Shown: positions 11,438 to 24,782, counted from the first letter of the stretch. The stretch: 53,560 nucleotides of DNA from Girardia tigrina (GCA_001938485.1 MQRK01228290.1:1-53560), one strand, 5' to 3'. Made by a program: numbers and translations. The notes: generated by a model from the sequence alone, not told the origin.

Positions 11438-14400
11438 NGGGGCAAACTAAAACTGAATTTGATGTTGTTTATATAGTAATTTTCCTCAGCCTTGAAAATT
11501 GATGAGATAAAACAAAGAGTAAAATATTTATAATTTTTGATGAAGTAAAACAAATATTTATAATTTTGATTCCAAGTTTTCTTAAACTAAATATTATTTC
11601 GTTTGAAATTAATAATTTTATTAAAAGAATTATTTAAAAATTTCCTATATAAAATTTTATCAAAAATGTTCACACGTATTTTTTCGGAACCCTAACAAGT
11701 TCACGCTTGTTTTTAAACGCAATGAATAGAAATTTTAAAGTAAAACAAATTTAAATTTAAAACATTAAAAGAGCAAATTTAAAAATTTATAATTAATTGA
11801 TTTATAAAATTATATTTAATTAATTTATCCCACTTTAAAAATGAAGAAGATTATTGATTTCTTTTCGGCTTCGCATTCAAACAATTTTCCGGCAAATAAA
11901 AAAATCAGACTGAGTGAAGAAATAACGACAGAAGGTGTCACAGAAAAGACCATAACGGAACCGTCGGAACTAATGCATTCAGATAGGGGGTCTAGCCTTT
12001 CTGGATCGTCTGTTACTTTTGAGCAACTGCAGCCAACAGATTCTGACTGGCCTACCTGCTGGACTTTGGATCAAAGAAATGATTTCTATGCCATATATGA
12101 CTGCCTATTTATTCATAATACAAAACTTGGTTGTACCCCTTGCCGAAAAGTTGGCTACCTTGGAGTAGAGGCAAAGATGGGAATGAAAATATCCAAGGAA
12201 TGGGCCAACAATCAAATAACTTACTTCGGTACTAATCGAAAACAACAGCTAATGTCTTTACGAAAAAAATTATTCAATCACAAGGAAACTGCTGCACACA
12301 AAGCTGCACTTAAAATACTAGCAGAAGCCGAGACGGCACCTATTGAGAACGTGTTTTTAAAGGCATTATCTCGTGAAAAAATCGTGACGGCAAAGAATTT
12401 TCGTACAGGATATAAAGTAGCCAAAGAAAACCAATCGTTTCATAATTTTGAATCTGATATTGATTTACAAGAACTGAACGGAATTGAGATGGGCCGTATT
12501 CTTCATTCAACCAATGCATGCATTAACGTAGTGAATCACATTAATTGTGAAATGAGAAAAAAATTGGCTAAAGAAATTGTAAGGTCATACAATAAAATTT
12601 CATTGATTAACGACGAGTCAACAACGCTTAGCCAGAAATCTACTTTAATTGTGTACATTCGTGTTTGTCTTGCAGATAGTGGAATGAACTTACCAGTGAA
12701 TGTATTCTTGGATTTAGTAGAACTCGAAAGTGTAACTACAAAGGGAGTTTTTGATTGTTTACTGAATTGCCTTAATTCCTATGGGATAACAGAAGAATTT
12801 CTAAAAAAAATTTAGTTTGTCATGCATGTGATGGAGCAGCTGTAATGTTGGGATGCAAAAGTGGAGTCAAGAAATTGCTGAAAGAAAAGTTTCCATCTGT
12901 TCTGGTTTGGCATTGTACAAATCACCGACTGGAACTATCTGTTGGTGATACAGTAAAACAAGTTTCGGGGATTAACCGATTTAAGGTATTTATTGATAAA
13001 TTGTATGACCTTTATCATGATTCGCCAAAAAATTCGAGAGAATTGCAAATATGTGCTAATTTGTTAGAAGCTGAGTTGCTAAAAATTGGAAGAATGTTAA
13101 GCACGAGATGGGTTGCATCCAGCTTCCGTTCAGTTTTAGCAGTTTGGGGGGATTATGCAGTGTTGGTGCAACATTTTGAAGAAGCAAAACTTGATCCAAC
13201 CAGAGACAAAAAAGATCAATGCACACATGAAGGTCTGCAGCGAAAAATTACTTCTACTGAATTTGTATTAGACCTCGGATTGATGTGTGATGCCCTCCAA
13301 GAATTGTCAGAGTTAAGTTTGGATTTACAAGAGCGCAACATGGACATCTACAGAGTAGATCAAAAGATCAAGGCTCTTGCACCGGTTTTTGAAGAACGGC
13401 AAATTATTTCAGGCCCATATTATAAAATTGCGGCCACTGCTGCAGATACTAAACTTTTCAAAAGAGTTTCACTTCATAAAAAAGACTGTAAAAATGATCC
13501 ACCGATTGATGTGAAAGCTTTTTACAAAAAACTAAAAGAATCAGTTGAACAAAGGTTACTTTCCAGTGAAGATGCTGATTTGGCAGATTGGGCTGGAGTG
13601 CTCGATGTAAAACAATGGCCAGACAATATTGATACTCACTTAACGTTTGGCGAAGCAGAAATAAGAAACTTGTCAACAAGATTGCAATTAAACGAAAGAA
13701 CAATGATTTGTGGATTTCGTGAATATCTTATCAAGAAAAGTGTTCCGGATAAACTGCTTCCTTTGCAAATTGCTCTCAATACAATCCCAATTTCTTCAAG
13801 TGAAGCTGAAAGAAGATTTTCGCAAATGAATCTTATCATCACCCCGACAAGAGCTTCATTGATGACAACAACTGTTTCTTCACTTTTATTTATAAGATTA
13901 GTTGGACTACCACTCCTACGTTTTGATCCCACAAGATACGTTGATTCATGGCTGCTTCGAGGCAGACACTCAGCAATAGATACCAACAGCAAAGAACGCA
14001 GACGTGAATATGTGTCAGATGAAAACTTGATAAAACTTTGGAATTTATTATGAATTATTTCACACCAATGGCAATAAAATTTCTATTAAATTTTCACTTA
14101 TAACAGTTTTTTTAAAACAAATGAAAAATAGACACATTTTTTCAAAATAAACTGAGAATAAGTCGTTAGTTAAATCTTAAAACTATATTATACAATTTTA
14201 TTTAACAAATTTAATTGTTTTAAACTTTTAGTATCTTTGAAGTAGTGGTTTACATAAATAAATGATATCATTAATACCTATGCATCAGTTGCTTACAAAA
14301 CCACTTCTGTGTTAGATTCCGAAAAATGTACGACCTCAACTCCGTACCGGCTAGGTTAACAACATGTACCNNNNNNNNNNNNNNNNNNNNNNNNNNNNNN

Positions 14401-14809
14401 NNNNNNNNNNNNNNNNNNNNNNNNNNNNNNNNNNNNNNNNNNNNNNNNNGGTAGAAAACTTGATATAATGTTCCTGCATCACCAGTCTTTTTAGTTTTTA
14501 CCATTCACAAGCAAAAAACATGATTTTTTAAAATTCGCTTACTTTTTTCTTTTTGAAAAATACAATTGACAAAATTATTTTTTTGGTCCAAAAACGAGCT
14601 CCTTTTCAAGCCAAATGCCTGAAAATGCGTTGGCGGCTGGGGCTCCGCCCCAGAATCCCAAATCGCGAGCAGCTTAGCGTCTTCGACGCTCGCGCTCAGG
14701 TGCCTTCGGCACTCTTGTTCGTCCACTTCAAAAATAACATCCCTGAATGGCAGAACAGAAATGTGCTCACCCTAGTACCGGCACCTATTTTTTTACAAAA
14801 AAAGCACTA
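11438..14809 (+). mobile_element. hAT transposon (KIAA1586/ZNF862-like transposase)
   Basis: Right terminus GTACCGGCACCTATTTTTTTACAAAAAAAGCACTA; left end lies in or next to an N gap; contains a long transposase. Confidence 0.85.
11841..14053 (+). pseudogene. hAT transposase of about 735 aa with one frameshift at the A-run near 12803-12810
   Basis: Motifs DESTT, ACDGAAVMLG, HCTNHRLEL, STRW, ISSSEAERRFSQMN (hAT dimerization region). Confidence 0.9.
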
Positions 14810-14997
14810 TATATATAGATATATTTACAAAAATTAATATATTAAATAGTATAAGGTTTTTTGTTTAAATGAAGAAAAAAGGACCCACATTTGAAAAGCG
14901 TTAAAAATGGTGTTATGAACTATTTTCTCATATATTTTTGTGGACTCATCATTTCGCTGGAATAAATATTATTCGTCCACTTTTTTCTTCATTATTT

Positions 14998-15584
14998 TGT
15001 TGGCATATCGAGGTGATTTGATAAAGTATAAAATGAAAAGTAAAAAAATTGAAGATTTATCTATAAATATTTATTTGCTTTATTACAATAACTACAATTT
15101 ATTTTAAAACAAAAAACTTAAACCTTATAGAATGATTTTTTATTTTTTATGTGTAAAACGAGAAGATTATTCTCTTTCTCGAATTATTTAAAAAGGTATA
15201 TAAAAATATGTTAATCAAATATATAATTTATATATAGCCTTTAATCCGTACTTTGGATTCCAATGATTTTTCTATACAGAGTACTGATCTCTCTTTCATT
15301 TCTTTTCAAATTTTTTCTTCTGACAGTTGAAGTTTATTCTCAACTTTTAAATTCGTCACTGAATTAAACTAACTCTGTGTGAGATAATTTATGCAGACAG
15401 AGTCTTAAACTTTTGAAATTCTTTAAAATATAATTAAAATCTTGCTCTTTTATAATCTTCTTTTTAAATATAATTGCCTTTATTTATCTTTTACAATATA
15501 GTTCTTTCCTTTCTTTCATAAACATTCTCTTATTTTATTTAGTTTGTTTATCTTTTTAATAAATTTTATTTCAATTATTTATAT
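14998..15584. mobile_element. Truncated LTR related to the solo LTR at 18858-19585
   Basis: Shared start TGTTGG.ATAT..GGTGATTT and shared pyrimidine-rich block TCTTTTTAAATA.AATT..CTTTATTTATCTTTT. Confidence 0.6.
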
Positions 15585-17380
15585 CGGAAAGGTGAGAAAC
15601 ATTCAAATGCTGACGCGATTCTTGCCAATTGTGTAGCCAATGTCAGACGCATGAAGAAGTCAAGAAAGGAAAGATCAAGACGAGAATTCTTGCATTGAAC
15701 GAATAGTCAGAGGGTTTCAAATGGCAAAAGAATAATGAAGAAATAAAACAAATTGTTGAACATATCAGAAAAGGTAAAACGAGGAAATGGATACTAAAAA
15801 ATGACATCGTGGCAACTCAGGACAATAAATTCTGGATCACAAAAGAAAAACGAACAGATTTTATTGAAGAGATGCACAAGCTGTTATGCCCAGAGCCGTG
15901 GCAACCACCCCCCGCGCCCCCCGGTCGGGGGGGCCTCACGCTTGCATGGGGCCTCACGCTTGCATGGGGCCTCTCCAAATTGGGTCAATATTTGAAAATG
16001 TAATAGAATAACAATAATAAGATCTAACACACACACACACTGCATATCGGCATGCTTCGTCTACCGTATAATTCAATCCTTCAAATAAATAATGGCTGCC
16101 NNNNNNNNNNNNNNNNNNNNNNNNNNNNNNNNNNNNNNNNNNNNNNNNNNNNNNNNNNNNNNNNNNNNNNNNNNNNNNNNNNNNNNNNNNNNNNNNNNNN
16201 NNNNNNNNNNNNNNNNNNNNNNNNNNNNNNNNNNNNNNNNNNNNNNNNNNNNNNNNNNNNNNNNNNNNNNNNNNNNNNNNNNNNNNNNNNNNNNNNNNNN
16301 NNNNNNNNNNNNNNNNNNNNNNNNNNNNNNNNNNNNNNNNNNNNNNNNNNNNNNNNNNNNNNNNNNNNNNNNNNNNNNNNNNNNNNNNNNNNNNNNNNNN
16401 NNNNNNNNNNNNNNNNNNNNNNNNNNNNNNNNNNNNNNNNNNNNNNNNNNNNNNNNNNNNNNNNNNNNNNNNNNNNNNNNGCAAGAATTTCTGGGGCAGA
16501 ATTTATTGCACCGCCATTAGCACGAGAGGATTGACAGTGAAAAAATCTAAGGGGCCACATAAATTTTTTCGGGGGGGGGCCTCCGGGTACTCTGCCACGT
16601 CCCTGGTTATGCCATGCTGGTAGTAAAAAAATCTAAAACTATCTTCGACAAGATTTTGACATGGAATATATGAGGAATTCCATTAAAGAAATAGTCCAAA
16701 GTTGTTTAAATTGTCAAAAAAGAAAGACATTAACAGCGAAAAAGAAAGAAAAACATATAAAATTTTCGGCAGATGAACCTTTCCAGAAAATATACATGGA
16801 CTTCCGTGGACCATTCAAAAGAAACATAAACGGATATCAATACGTACTTGCAATAGTAGACCAATTAAGTAGATATATTAGCCTGAATGCTGTTGCTAGT
16901 AATGATGAAAAAACAGTTCGTAGAGTGATATTGTAAAGATGGATATGGAAATTTGCCCCTCCAAAGGAAATCCATGTTGATAGAGGAAAAACATTTGAAT
17001 CGGCTTTGTTCAAAGATACAGTTAAAAGGTTCAAAGTCGAGATAATCTATTCAAGTCCATATCATCATAATACAAATGGCATAATGGAAAGACAATTCCA
17101 AACAATCAGAGATGCTATAAATATTAGAATGAAGGACGGAAACCACAGAGATTGGACAGAAGTTTTATCGGAAATAAAAATTATGTTGAATAGTACAGTC
17201 CAAGCTACGACAGGTGTTTCACCGGCTGAAATAATATTTGGGAGACGATTAAGACATTGGTGGAAGAACAATAAAATTGTGTTGAAACGAAATCACGAAA
17301 TGAGTTACGAGTTACAGCTCGAAGATGGTAGAATTTTAATTAGAAATGTTGAATGGCTAAAGCCATTTAAACCGAGGGGA
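15585..17380 (+). mobile_element. Gypsy pol 3' part (RNase H end, integrase) with polypurine tract
   Basis: RKGEKHSNADA; HKLLC/HAG..CLNCQ zinc finger; PFQKIYMDF.GP, LAIVD, EIHVDRG, SSPYHHNTNGIMER; PPT AAACCGAGGGGA directly before TG. Confidence 0.92.
15891..16605. mobile_element. hAT-type MITE (spans an N gap) inserted in the integrase zinc finger
   Basis: TIRs CAGAGCCGTGGCA / TGCCACGTCCCTG; perfect 8-bp TSD GTTATGCC; internal 18-bp tandem GGGGCCTCACGCTTGCAT. Confidence 0.9.
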
Positions 17381-17670
17381 TGTGAGGAATGTTTTGAATT
17401 GTGTGTTGATATTGTGCATGTTGTATGTTGATTCGGATTATATCTCTCCTGCACAGATGGATGATTGATATTTTCTTTGATTCTTACTAATTAAAAATAA
17501 TTAAATTTAATTTTAAAGTAAAAAGATTTAAAATAATTTTTGAATGTATTATTTAATTTTGAATGTAATTTAAAATTTAAATATATTAATTTAATATGTT
17601 CTTTTTTTAAAAAATGTTTAGATTTAATTTCAACCAATTAGATTCTTTATAATTAATATTTTTTATTAAC
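17381..17670 (+). mobile_element. Gypsy LTR (3' end approximate)
   Basis: Starts with TG directly after the PPT; related copies at 4473 and 41271. Confidence 0.7.
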
Positions 17671-17728
17671 AGATTTCCATTTATTGAAAATAATTAGTTT
17701 GAACTCAGAAATAAATTGATCAAGAGAG

Positions 17729-18070
17729 ATGTCAAATAGTGAATGCGCTTGTGATAATAATAAATGTTGCAAAAATCATATTGATGTTGTTAATATGGCG
17801 ACCACAGCTCATGTGACAACGAACATTATGGGACACGAAAAATTTGATGGATCCTAGGCGAAATTAGAAGACTTCATAAAAAATTTCGAACGTTATGCGG
17901 ATATTATGGGTATAACAGAAGATAGAAGATTAGTGATGGTGACAATCTTCATAACTCCATCAGCAATCACAAAATTTTCAGAAGCAGATGGAAATACGTA
18001 TAAAGAAAAGCTTAAAACGGCATTTGTGAAAGAAAAATCTTTGCTCGACACAATGAAGGATTTTTTAAAT
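17729..18070 (+). mobile_element. Gypsy gag N-terminal remnant
   Basis: MSNSECAC...EKFDGS*AKLEDFIKNFERYADIMGITEDRRLVMV, a gag-like FDG...FE.Y pattern. Confidence 0.65.
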
Positions 18071-20090
18071 CTCGACATAGCATCTGCATTTGAGTGTCTT
18101 TCACCTTTCGTGTATTCCATTCTCATATCAAGACCGCTGAGAAAATTTATCCTTGTTTGAAATTGCGGTGTTATTGGATTCTTTGAGGTCATCATAAACG
18201 TAATAGTTCTGTGGTCTGTTCTCAACAAGTATCTTTTCCCATATAAGAAATGCTTAAAATGCTGAGTGAAATAATATATCGCTAGTAATTCTTTTCTGGT
18301 AATGCAATAACCAAGTTCATGTTTATTCATCTTATGAGAACCATATGCTATGACTCTTTCTCTTCCACTCGAGTCTTTTTGTGACAGTACTGCTCTAATC
18401 GTATCGAAACTTGCATCTGTGTCCAATATAAATTCTTTATCGAAGTCTGGATACGCCAAGATTGGAGTTTGAACCATTCTTTCTTTTAATCTCTGAAAAG
18501 ATTCGTCACATTCTTTTGTCCATATTATTTTCTTATCCTTGTTTTTACCACACATGCCTTCTAAAACTTTCGAATATCTTGCATAATATTTTATGAATTT
18601 TCTGAAATAATTTGTCAAATACAAGAAACTCCTTAGATGTTTAATACATGATTGGTTTGAAACTTGTTAATCGCATCAATCTTTGTTTTATCAGTTTCTA
18701 AACCATCTTTACTTATTACGTAGCCCAGAAACTTGGTCTTTTCTATTAGAAATTGACATTTTTCCTTATTTATCCTCAAACCTGATTCTTTGATTTTTTT
18801 GAAACACATTCTTTATTCTTTGTAGATGTTCGTTCTTATCTTTAGAAAATATCAAGATGTTGGGATATAGGTGATTTTATAAAATAATTTAACGAGAAAA
18901 TCAAAACACAGAGAGATATTATTATTCAAGAATATATTTCTCTTATCTACAAATTTTATTTTCAAATTAAATGGACTACTTAATTCTAATTTTTAAATAA
19001 TGTGAGAAGAGGAAGTACTCTTGCCCACAGATGATTTTAAGTATATAAAAAATATATTACAGGTAATATAATTATATAAATATTTTACTTAGTATCTTTC
19101 TTTTTTCGATTTCCTTTTATAGGTAAGGAAAGGTGTATTTTGACCCTTCAGTTTTTTCTTTTATTTTTTGAGAACCTATTCAGATCACCTGGAAAGTTTG
19201 ACAGGTGATAATTCTAAATTCTTTGGGCGTTTCTCTTTCTTGTAATAAAATTTTTAAACTTTCTTTTCTTTAAACTTTCAGAATATAATTAAGCTTATTC
19301 TTAGATAATATAATTATAGGCCCTTTTCTTTTAAAAATCCTACTCTTTTATGGTCTTCTTTTTAAATACAATTTTCTTTATTTATCTTTTTAAATATAGT
19401 GTTTTTCTTTCTTTCGTAATCATTCTTTTTATTCTATTTAATTTATTTATCTTTTTAATGAGTTTTATTCTTATTATTTATATATATTATATTTATTAAG
19501 ATAGATGGATAAATAATATTTATTTAATCCAATAATTAAAACAATAAATTTTATAATTATATTAAATTAAATACCATACTCAACAAAGATATCATCTAGG
19601 TATACGACTGCTTCCTTCCAGTTCAATTCTTCAAGAATTTTTTACCATTAGTTCTTGAAAGGTGGCCGTAGCGGCTGCTATTCCGAAATGCATTCTTTTA
19701 AAACAATATTGACCATTCTTTGTCGAGAATGCCGTTTTAATCTTTGATTCTTTATCAAGTTCAACTTGATAGTATGCGTTACCCAAGTCAATTGTAGTGA
19801 AATACTTTGCACCATTCAATGTATTCAACATATCATCCACATTTGGTATGGGGAATGCTGGTCTGAGAGTAACTTTATTTAATTGTCTAAAATCCATGCA
19901 CATTCGTATTTCTTGTTTCTCTTTCTTCCAGACGCATACCAATGGAAAGTTCCATGGTGAACTACATTTTTCAATTATATCAATTTCTTCAAAATTTTTA
20001 ATAACTTCGTCTAATTTTTCATCAAAATGCCTTGGAGACTCGTACCTTTTCATTATAAGTCGTTTGAGAGGATCAGAAGCTCCTATAATT
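18071..20090 (-). mobile_element. Gypsy RT-RNase H remnant
   Basis: SSPWNFPLV.V.KK, RMCMDFRQLNK, IDLGNAYYQV, KTAF, VYLDDILIFS (split by a solo LTR), FILDTDAS, KELLAI, RTDH, HSNADAMSR. Confidence 0.93.
18858..19585. mobile_element. Solo LTR (728 bp) inserted just after the RT YLDD motif
   Basis: TGTTG...CAACA ends with a 4-bp TSD AAGA; removing it restores YLDDILIFSKD. Confidence 0.88.
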
Positions 20091-20316
20091 TTTGAGGTTT
20101 CCACCCGATAAATAGTCCGCCAGCATTCGCACGGATTGTTGAATAAAAAGAAGAAATTTGTGAAACTTATTGAAAGGCCAGATAAACCTCCATTAACTCA
20201 CCCTGAAAACATGATACAATTGGTTGCATTGGCTCCAAACCTTCTTTTGGCACAACAAAATTGAAAATGTGGTCGTACTTATTAAATATATGTAGTAATT
20301 CATTGATTTAGCCTTA

Positions 20317-20588
20317 GTATTTAGCCTTAGATGTAGTTTACCACCGATTTGGACTGCATTCTCAAGCAATCTGACTCATAAGAAGCGTCAATAAAAGCCT
20401 CGCATACTCCCACGGGTCTAACACCCTCTATGGACTTTATCACAATCAAGTGAATTTGGAGTACACTCAACCAATAAAGACACAACCTTTACACCACAAT
20501 TCCTAGTACCAAAGGCACAGGATTCGGTGCTGGGCTTTTTCCAGGTCGTTCGCCACTACCATAGAAATCCTTGTTAGTTTCTTTTCCT
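20317..20588 (-). rRNA. Dispersed 28S rRNA 5' (D1 region) fragment or pseudogene
   Basis: AGGAAAAGAAACTAACAAGGATT...AGCCCAGCACCGAATCC and GAGTCAGATTGCTTGAGAATGCAGTCCAAA..GGTGGTAAACT.CATCTAAGGCTAAATAC are conserved LSU motifs. Confidence 0.92.
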
Positions 20589-21285
20589 AATGTATAAAAA
20601 CATTTCAAATACATTCCAGAATCGTGCATATTGATAAATTGTTGTCTGTTGATTAAAATTTTTCTTTAAAATCAGAACAAAACATTTAAATTGATTCCAA
20701 ATAGAATTTCATCAACAGCACAATATTCCACATTTGCATGTAGAAGTATGCATAATAATGAGAGAAAATAACAAAATCATTTCAAACATTTCTCTCATTG
20801 ATAGTGATCCAGTTTATTATCGCAGTTTAATATACATAAACAGTTATTCGTCACCTCCGGGGTAAGCTTAATTCATGATCATAGATATTGTAAAAGTACT
20901 AAATAAATTTCTTAATCCATAATAAATTTTGCGTAGACTAAATTTTCAATAATTTTATTAATTTATTAAACATAATTTCTTGAATAATAAAAAATGAAAA
21001 ATAATTTATAAATATTTATAAAATAGTTTTCCTAAAAATTCTTAGAAATATTATCCTAGAGTGAAATAGAAATTTTCAATGAATATTTATGCAAAAATAA
21101 TAAGATTGCAGAAGACAAGCGGACATATAATTTGTTTAAATCGTCCAATAAAAGTTGTTTTATAATTTAAATCTCCGATTATCTAGACAACGACTATTGA
21201 TAAATTTACTTGTTTTCTATTAATTCCGCCAAAGAAAATCGACAATAAACAAAAGCTGGTGTTTTAAAAAAGACAAATATTTAAC

Positions 21286-21345
21286 ATGCAAATTAATCTC
21301 GAAGTTTTCAAAGAACCGAAAGGTTTCATAAGAATATTACAACTT
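21286..21345 (+). CDS. Synaptophysin-family MARVEL protein, exon 1
   Basis: MQINLEVFKEPKGFIRILQL|gtaatg; KEP.GFI..LQ signature; a 50-nt intron follows. Confidence 0.9.
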
Positions 21346-21395
21346 GTAATGATTGTTTTGTTTTATTGCAATACAAACAAATCCACTATTTCCAG

Positions 21396-21496
21396 TTGTT
21401 TGTTCTCATCACAATCATATCGATTTGCTCGTTTGGAGGGACACTGACATTCACGGGCGGTCTCAATGGCACCGCGACTATCGCGTATCCTTTCGG
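21396..21496 (+). CDS. Synaptophysin-family protein, exon 2
   Basis: tccag|LFVLITIISICSFGGTLTFTGGLNGTATIAYPF gg|gtaaat; YPF motif with phase-2 intron. Confidence 0.9.
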
Positions 21497-22578
21497 GTAA
21501 ATTATATTGATCTCTCTTTTCTGTCGAGTGGCTGGACTTTGCTGGCTCGCTTTGAGTTACGACTGAATATTAATACTAATTTAATTCAAGAAAGTAAAAT
21601 AATTATAATTGATTAAAATAAATAGTAATTAATTAATAATATATTTTTTAAAAATAATTATATATTATTTTAATATTATAATTAATGAAAAATAATTCAT
21701 AATAGATCAGCATTAAATAATAATTTTTAAAGATTTAATATTAAATTTTAATTTATGAAGAATAATTAATATTTAATAAATATAAAATTATAAATAACTA
21801 TTAATATATAAATAATATTTATAATAATAAAATATAAAATAATAATTAATGAAAAATAATTTTTAAATATTTATTTTATATTTAATAAATAGTAAATAGT
21901 GAATATTGATAAAGAAATAACAAATTATAAATAATAATTATTTAAAAATTATTCATAAATAATGAAAAATATTTAATAATGAGTTTTAATTCCGAAATAA
22001 TAAATCTAGAATAATTATTAATAAAAAATATCTTTTAATAAATAATTATTAAAAAATTATAATAACGGAAAATAATTAAAGAATAATAATTAATAAATTA
22101 TTTTTTAATAATAATTAATGATAAATAATTTATAAAGAACAAACAAATTAAATTATATTATTTAATATATTATTATAATAATATTAAATATTATTATAAT
22201 ATTAAATGAATAATAACTGAAAACAAATTTGTAATTAATAAATAATAGTTAGTGAATATTATTTGAGAAATAGAAAATTGTTATTAAATTATTAAAAAAT
22301 AATAAATTATGAATATTAATTTATTATAAAAAATAATTAATAAATATTTTGAAATAATATTTAATAAATAGTAATTAGTGAATATTAATTAATGAATACA
22401 ATTTAAGAAATAATTATTAATAATAAAAAAATAAATAATAAGAAATTATAATTATAGTTATAAAAATTGTTTTAAATAATTAATTATTAATAATAGTTAT
22501 AATGACGGTCGATAAGTAAAGTCTGGTCGTTAATCGAGACACAAATGATACATTTCCAAATAAATATTTTGACATTAG

Positions 22579-22753
22579 CTCGATCAACGTGATACCTAAC
22601 AACACGCAGATACCGCTGAAGGGTAGCGCGGAAAGCACGAGCCAGTTCTCGGTGTTCGTGGCGAGCGTCAGTCTCATTTATTGCGTCTCGGCTCTCATTA
22701 TTTACACGGTCTTTGACGACTTCATTTACCGCGATCAGAAGATTCGGAAATCG
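22579..22753 (+). CDS. Synaptophysin-family protein, exon 3
   Basis: ttag|c SINVIPNNTQIPLKGSAESTSQFSVFVASVSLIYCVSALIIYTVFDDFIYRDQKIRKS|gt; TM2; phase consistent with exon 2. Confidence 0.88.
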
Positions 22754-22949
22754 GTTATTTTTATATTCACTATTTGAATTATAGTATCAAGTTTATTTAT
22801 AGTGTCTAAATTATTATTTTTATCTGTTATTATTCGCACTATTTATTTTTAATTTTATTTTTATTATTTTTAATTTATATTATTATTTATTATATTTTTG
22901 GTATTATTAATTATTATTATTATTGATTATTACACATTAATTTTTTAAT

Positions 22950-23795
22950 TGAATTTTTATTGATTTTACAAAATCAAGTTTGTTTTCAAAGAGCCATTTT
23001 TTGAGATTTTTTTGTAAAATTAATTTTTTATTTATTTCTAAAATGATTTTTCGAGGAAAGAAATTAAAAAAAAATTTTCAGATCGAATATTTATTTTTAA
23101 ATATTTTTTATTCCATTAATAATACTTTTTACTGTTTCGTAAAAATAGAATGATTAAAATTATTTAAATAAAATTTTTTTTATTCTATTTTTTAAATAAA
23201 CGCCTAAAAATTCTCTTTTTATAATATTCCTTTTATTTTTTATTATTTTAATTTTTATTATATTTTTTTCGTTTTAGTAATTATTATTACCATTATTATT
23301 ATAATTATTGATTATTACATATTTATTTGTTATTAATTACAATGATTAAAAAACCGGTCATTTTTATTGAATTTTTATTGATTTTACAAAATCAAGTTTG
23401 TTTTCAAAGAGCCATTTTTTGAGATTTTTTTGTAAAATTAATTTTTTATTTATTTCTAAAATGATTTTTCGAGAAAAGAAATTAAAAAAAAAATTTCAGA
23501 TCGAATATTTATTTTTTAAAATTATAAATATTTGTTATTCAACTAATAAAAACACTTTTTACTGTTTCGTAAAAATAGAATGATTAAAATTATTTAAATA
23601 AAATTTTTTTAATTCTATTTTTTAAATAAACTCCTAAAAATTCTCTATTTTTATAATATTCCTTTTATTTTTTATTATTTTAATTTTTATTATATTTTTT
23701 TTTGTTTTAATTATTTTTATTACCATTATTATTACAATTATTGACTATTACATATTTATTTGTTATTAATTATAATGATTAAAAAATCGGTCATT
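22950..23795. repeat. Tandem duplication, period about 418 bp
   Basis: GAATTTTTATTGATTTTACAAAATCAAGTTTGTTTTCAAAGAGCC at 22951 and 23369, with the following sequence also matching. Confidence 0.9.
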
Positions 23796-23899
23796 TTAGA
23801 CATAATATTTAGACATTTATTGAAGTTTTAGACATAACAAAGGTAAAAAATTTAAGACTCAGAAATATTTATTACATAAGAGTTACATAAATGAGTTTC

Positions 23900-24782
23900 T
23901 GAGCTACAAACAAGAGATTTCAATGAATATTGCAGTATTATTATATTTTACTGATTAGAATTGGTTGCTATCACTCATCTACATCAAAATGAAGCTTAGT
24001 GTGGTAAATACGGAAACAATTTGGTACGCATAATGGCACATTACACTCAAGGCACATGAAATAACTTCGTTGTCGAATTAGTTTCGCATTACAAACAATA
24101 TAATTTCTTCTACTTCGTTCTCTACTCTTTGGATCTTGTGGAACATTGTCGGGAAAGTGACGAGCAACTAATCTCAAAGGTGTAGGAGCATTAGAAGGTC
24201 TACCAACTCTATTTCTCTCTGAAGTATTTCTCTAACCAAAAGCAATTTTAAATGAGCAAGCATTGTGCTTCATTCTGTATGCTATATACGAATTGAATAT
24301 CGCCATATCCATCATATGAATGAATAACTTTTTATACCACTTCAAAGTCTTCCTAATTGAAGCAGAGAATGATATCTGCATGTCTGTTTCATCAACAGCT
24401 CCCATTTTTTGAGAATATTCCATGACTATTGCGGGCTTCGTAATTTCTGTTCTGTTTGATCTATCAATTTTTTACTGTTCAAGAAATTAGTACTATATAC
24501 AGTCGATAACATGTAGGCATCTCGTTTGTCTTTCAATTTCATTGCTAGAAGAGCTGAAGACGAAAACCATTGAAAATCTCCTTTTCGTGATTTTCCAGTG
24601 AATTTTGGCGATCCTTTTCGATTTTTTCTCACTGTTCCACATGCTCCAGTTTTGTTCTGATGCAATAAATTGAATAGAGTTGAACTAGAGTAATATTTAG
24701 AAAAAAACCGCATTAGAAAATTCCTCTTCTTTCAAAAGTTATAAGCCGTAAACCCATATACGGGTCTCCGGTAGTCAACGGG
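23900..24782 (-). mobile_element. piggyBac element, internally deleted (PGBD4-like C-terminus)
   Basis: TTAA-CCCGTTGACTACCGG terminus; ACGTVRKNRKG, KDKR, MGAVDETD, KWYKKLF, Cys-rich CLECNVPLC..CF..YH. Confidence 0.9.

Noticed and set aside
15954-16560. Long ORFs in the track
   Set aside because: They consist mostly of N-gap translation.
17795-17805. TGGCGACC as a primer binding site
   Set aside because: It lies inside the gag reading frame (ATG GCG ACC) and is not preceded by an LTR CA end.
21600-22490. Very AT-rich stretch as a structured repeat
   Set aside because: Low-complexity intron sequence with no consistent unit.
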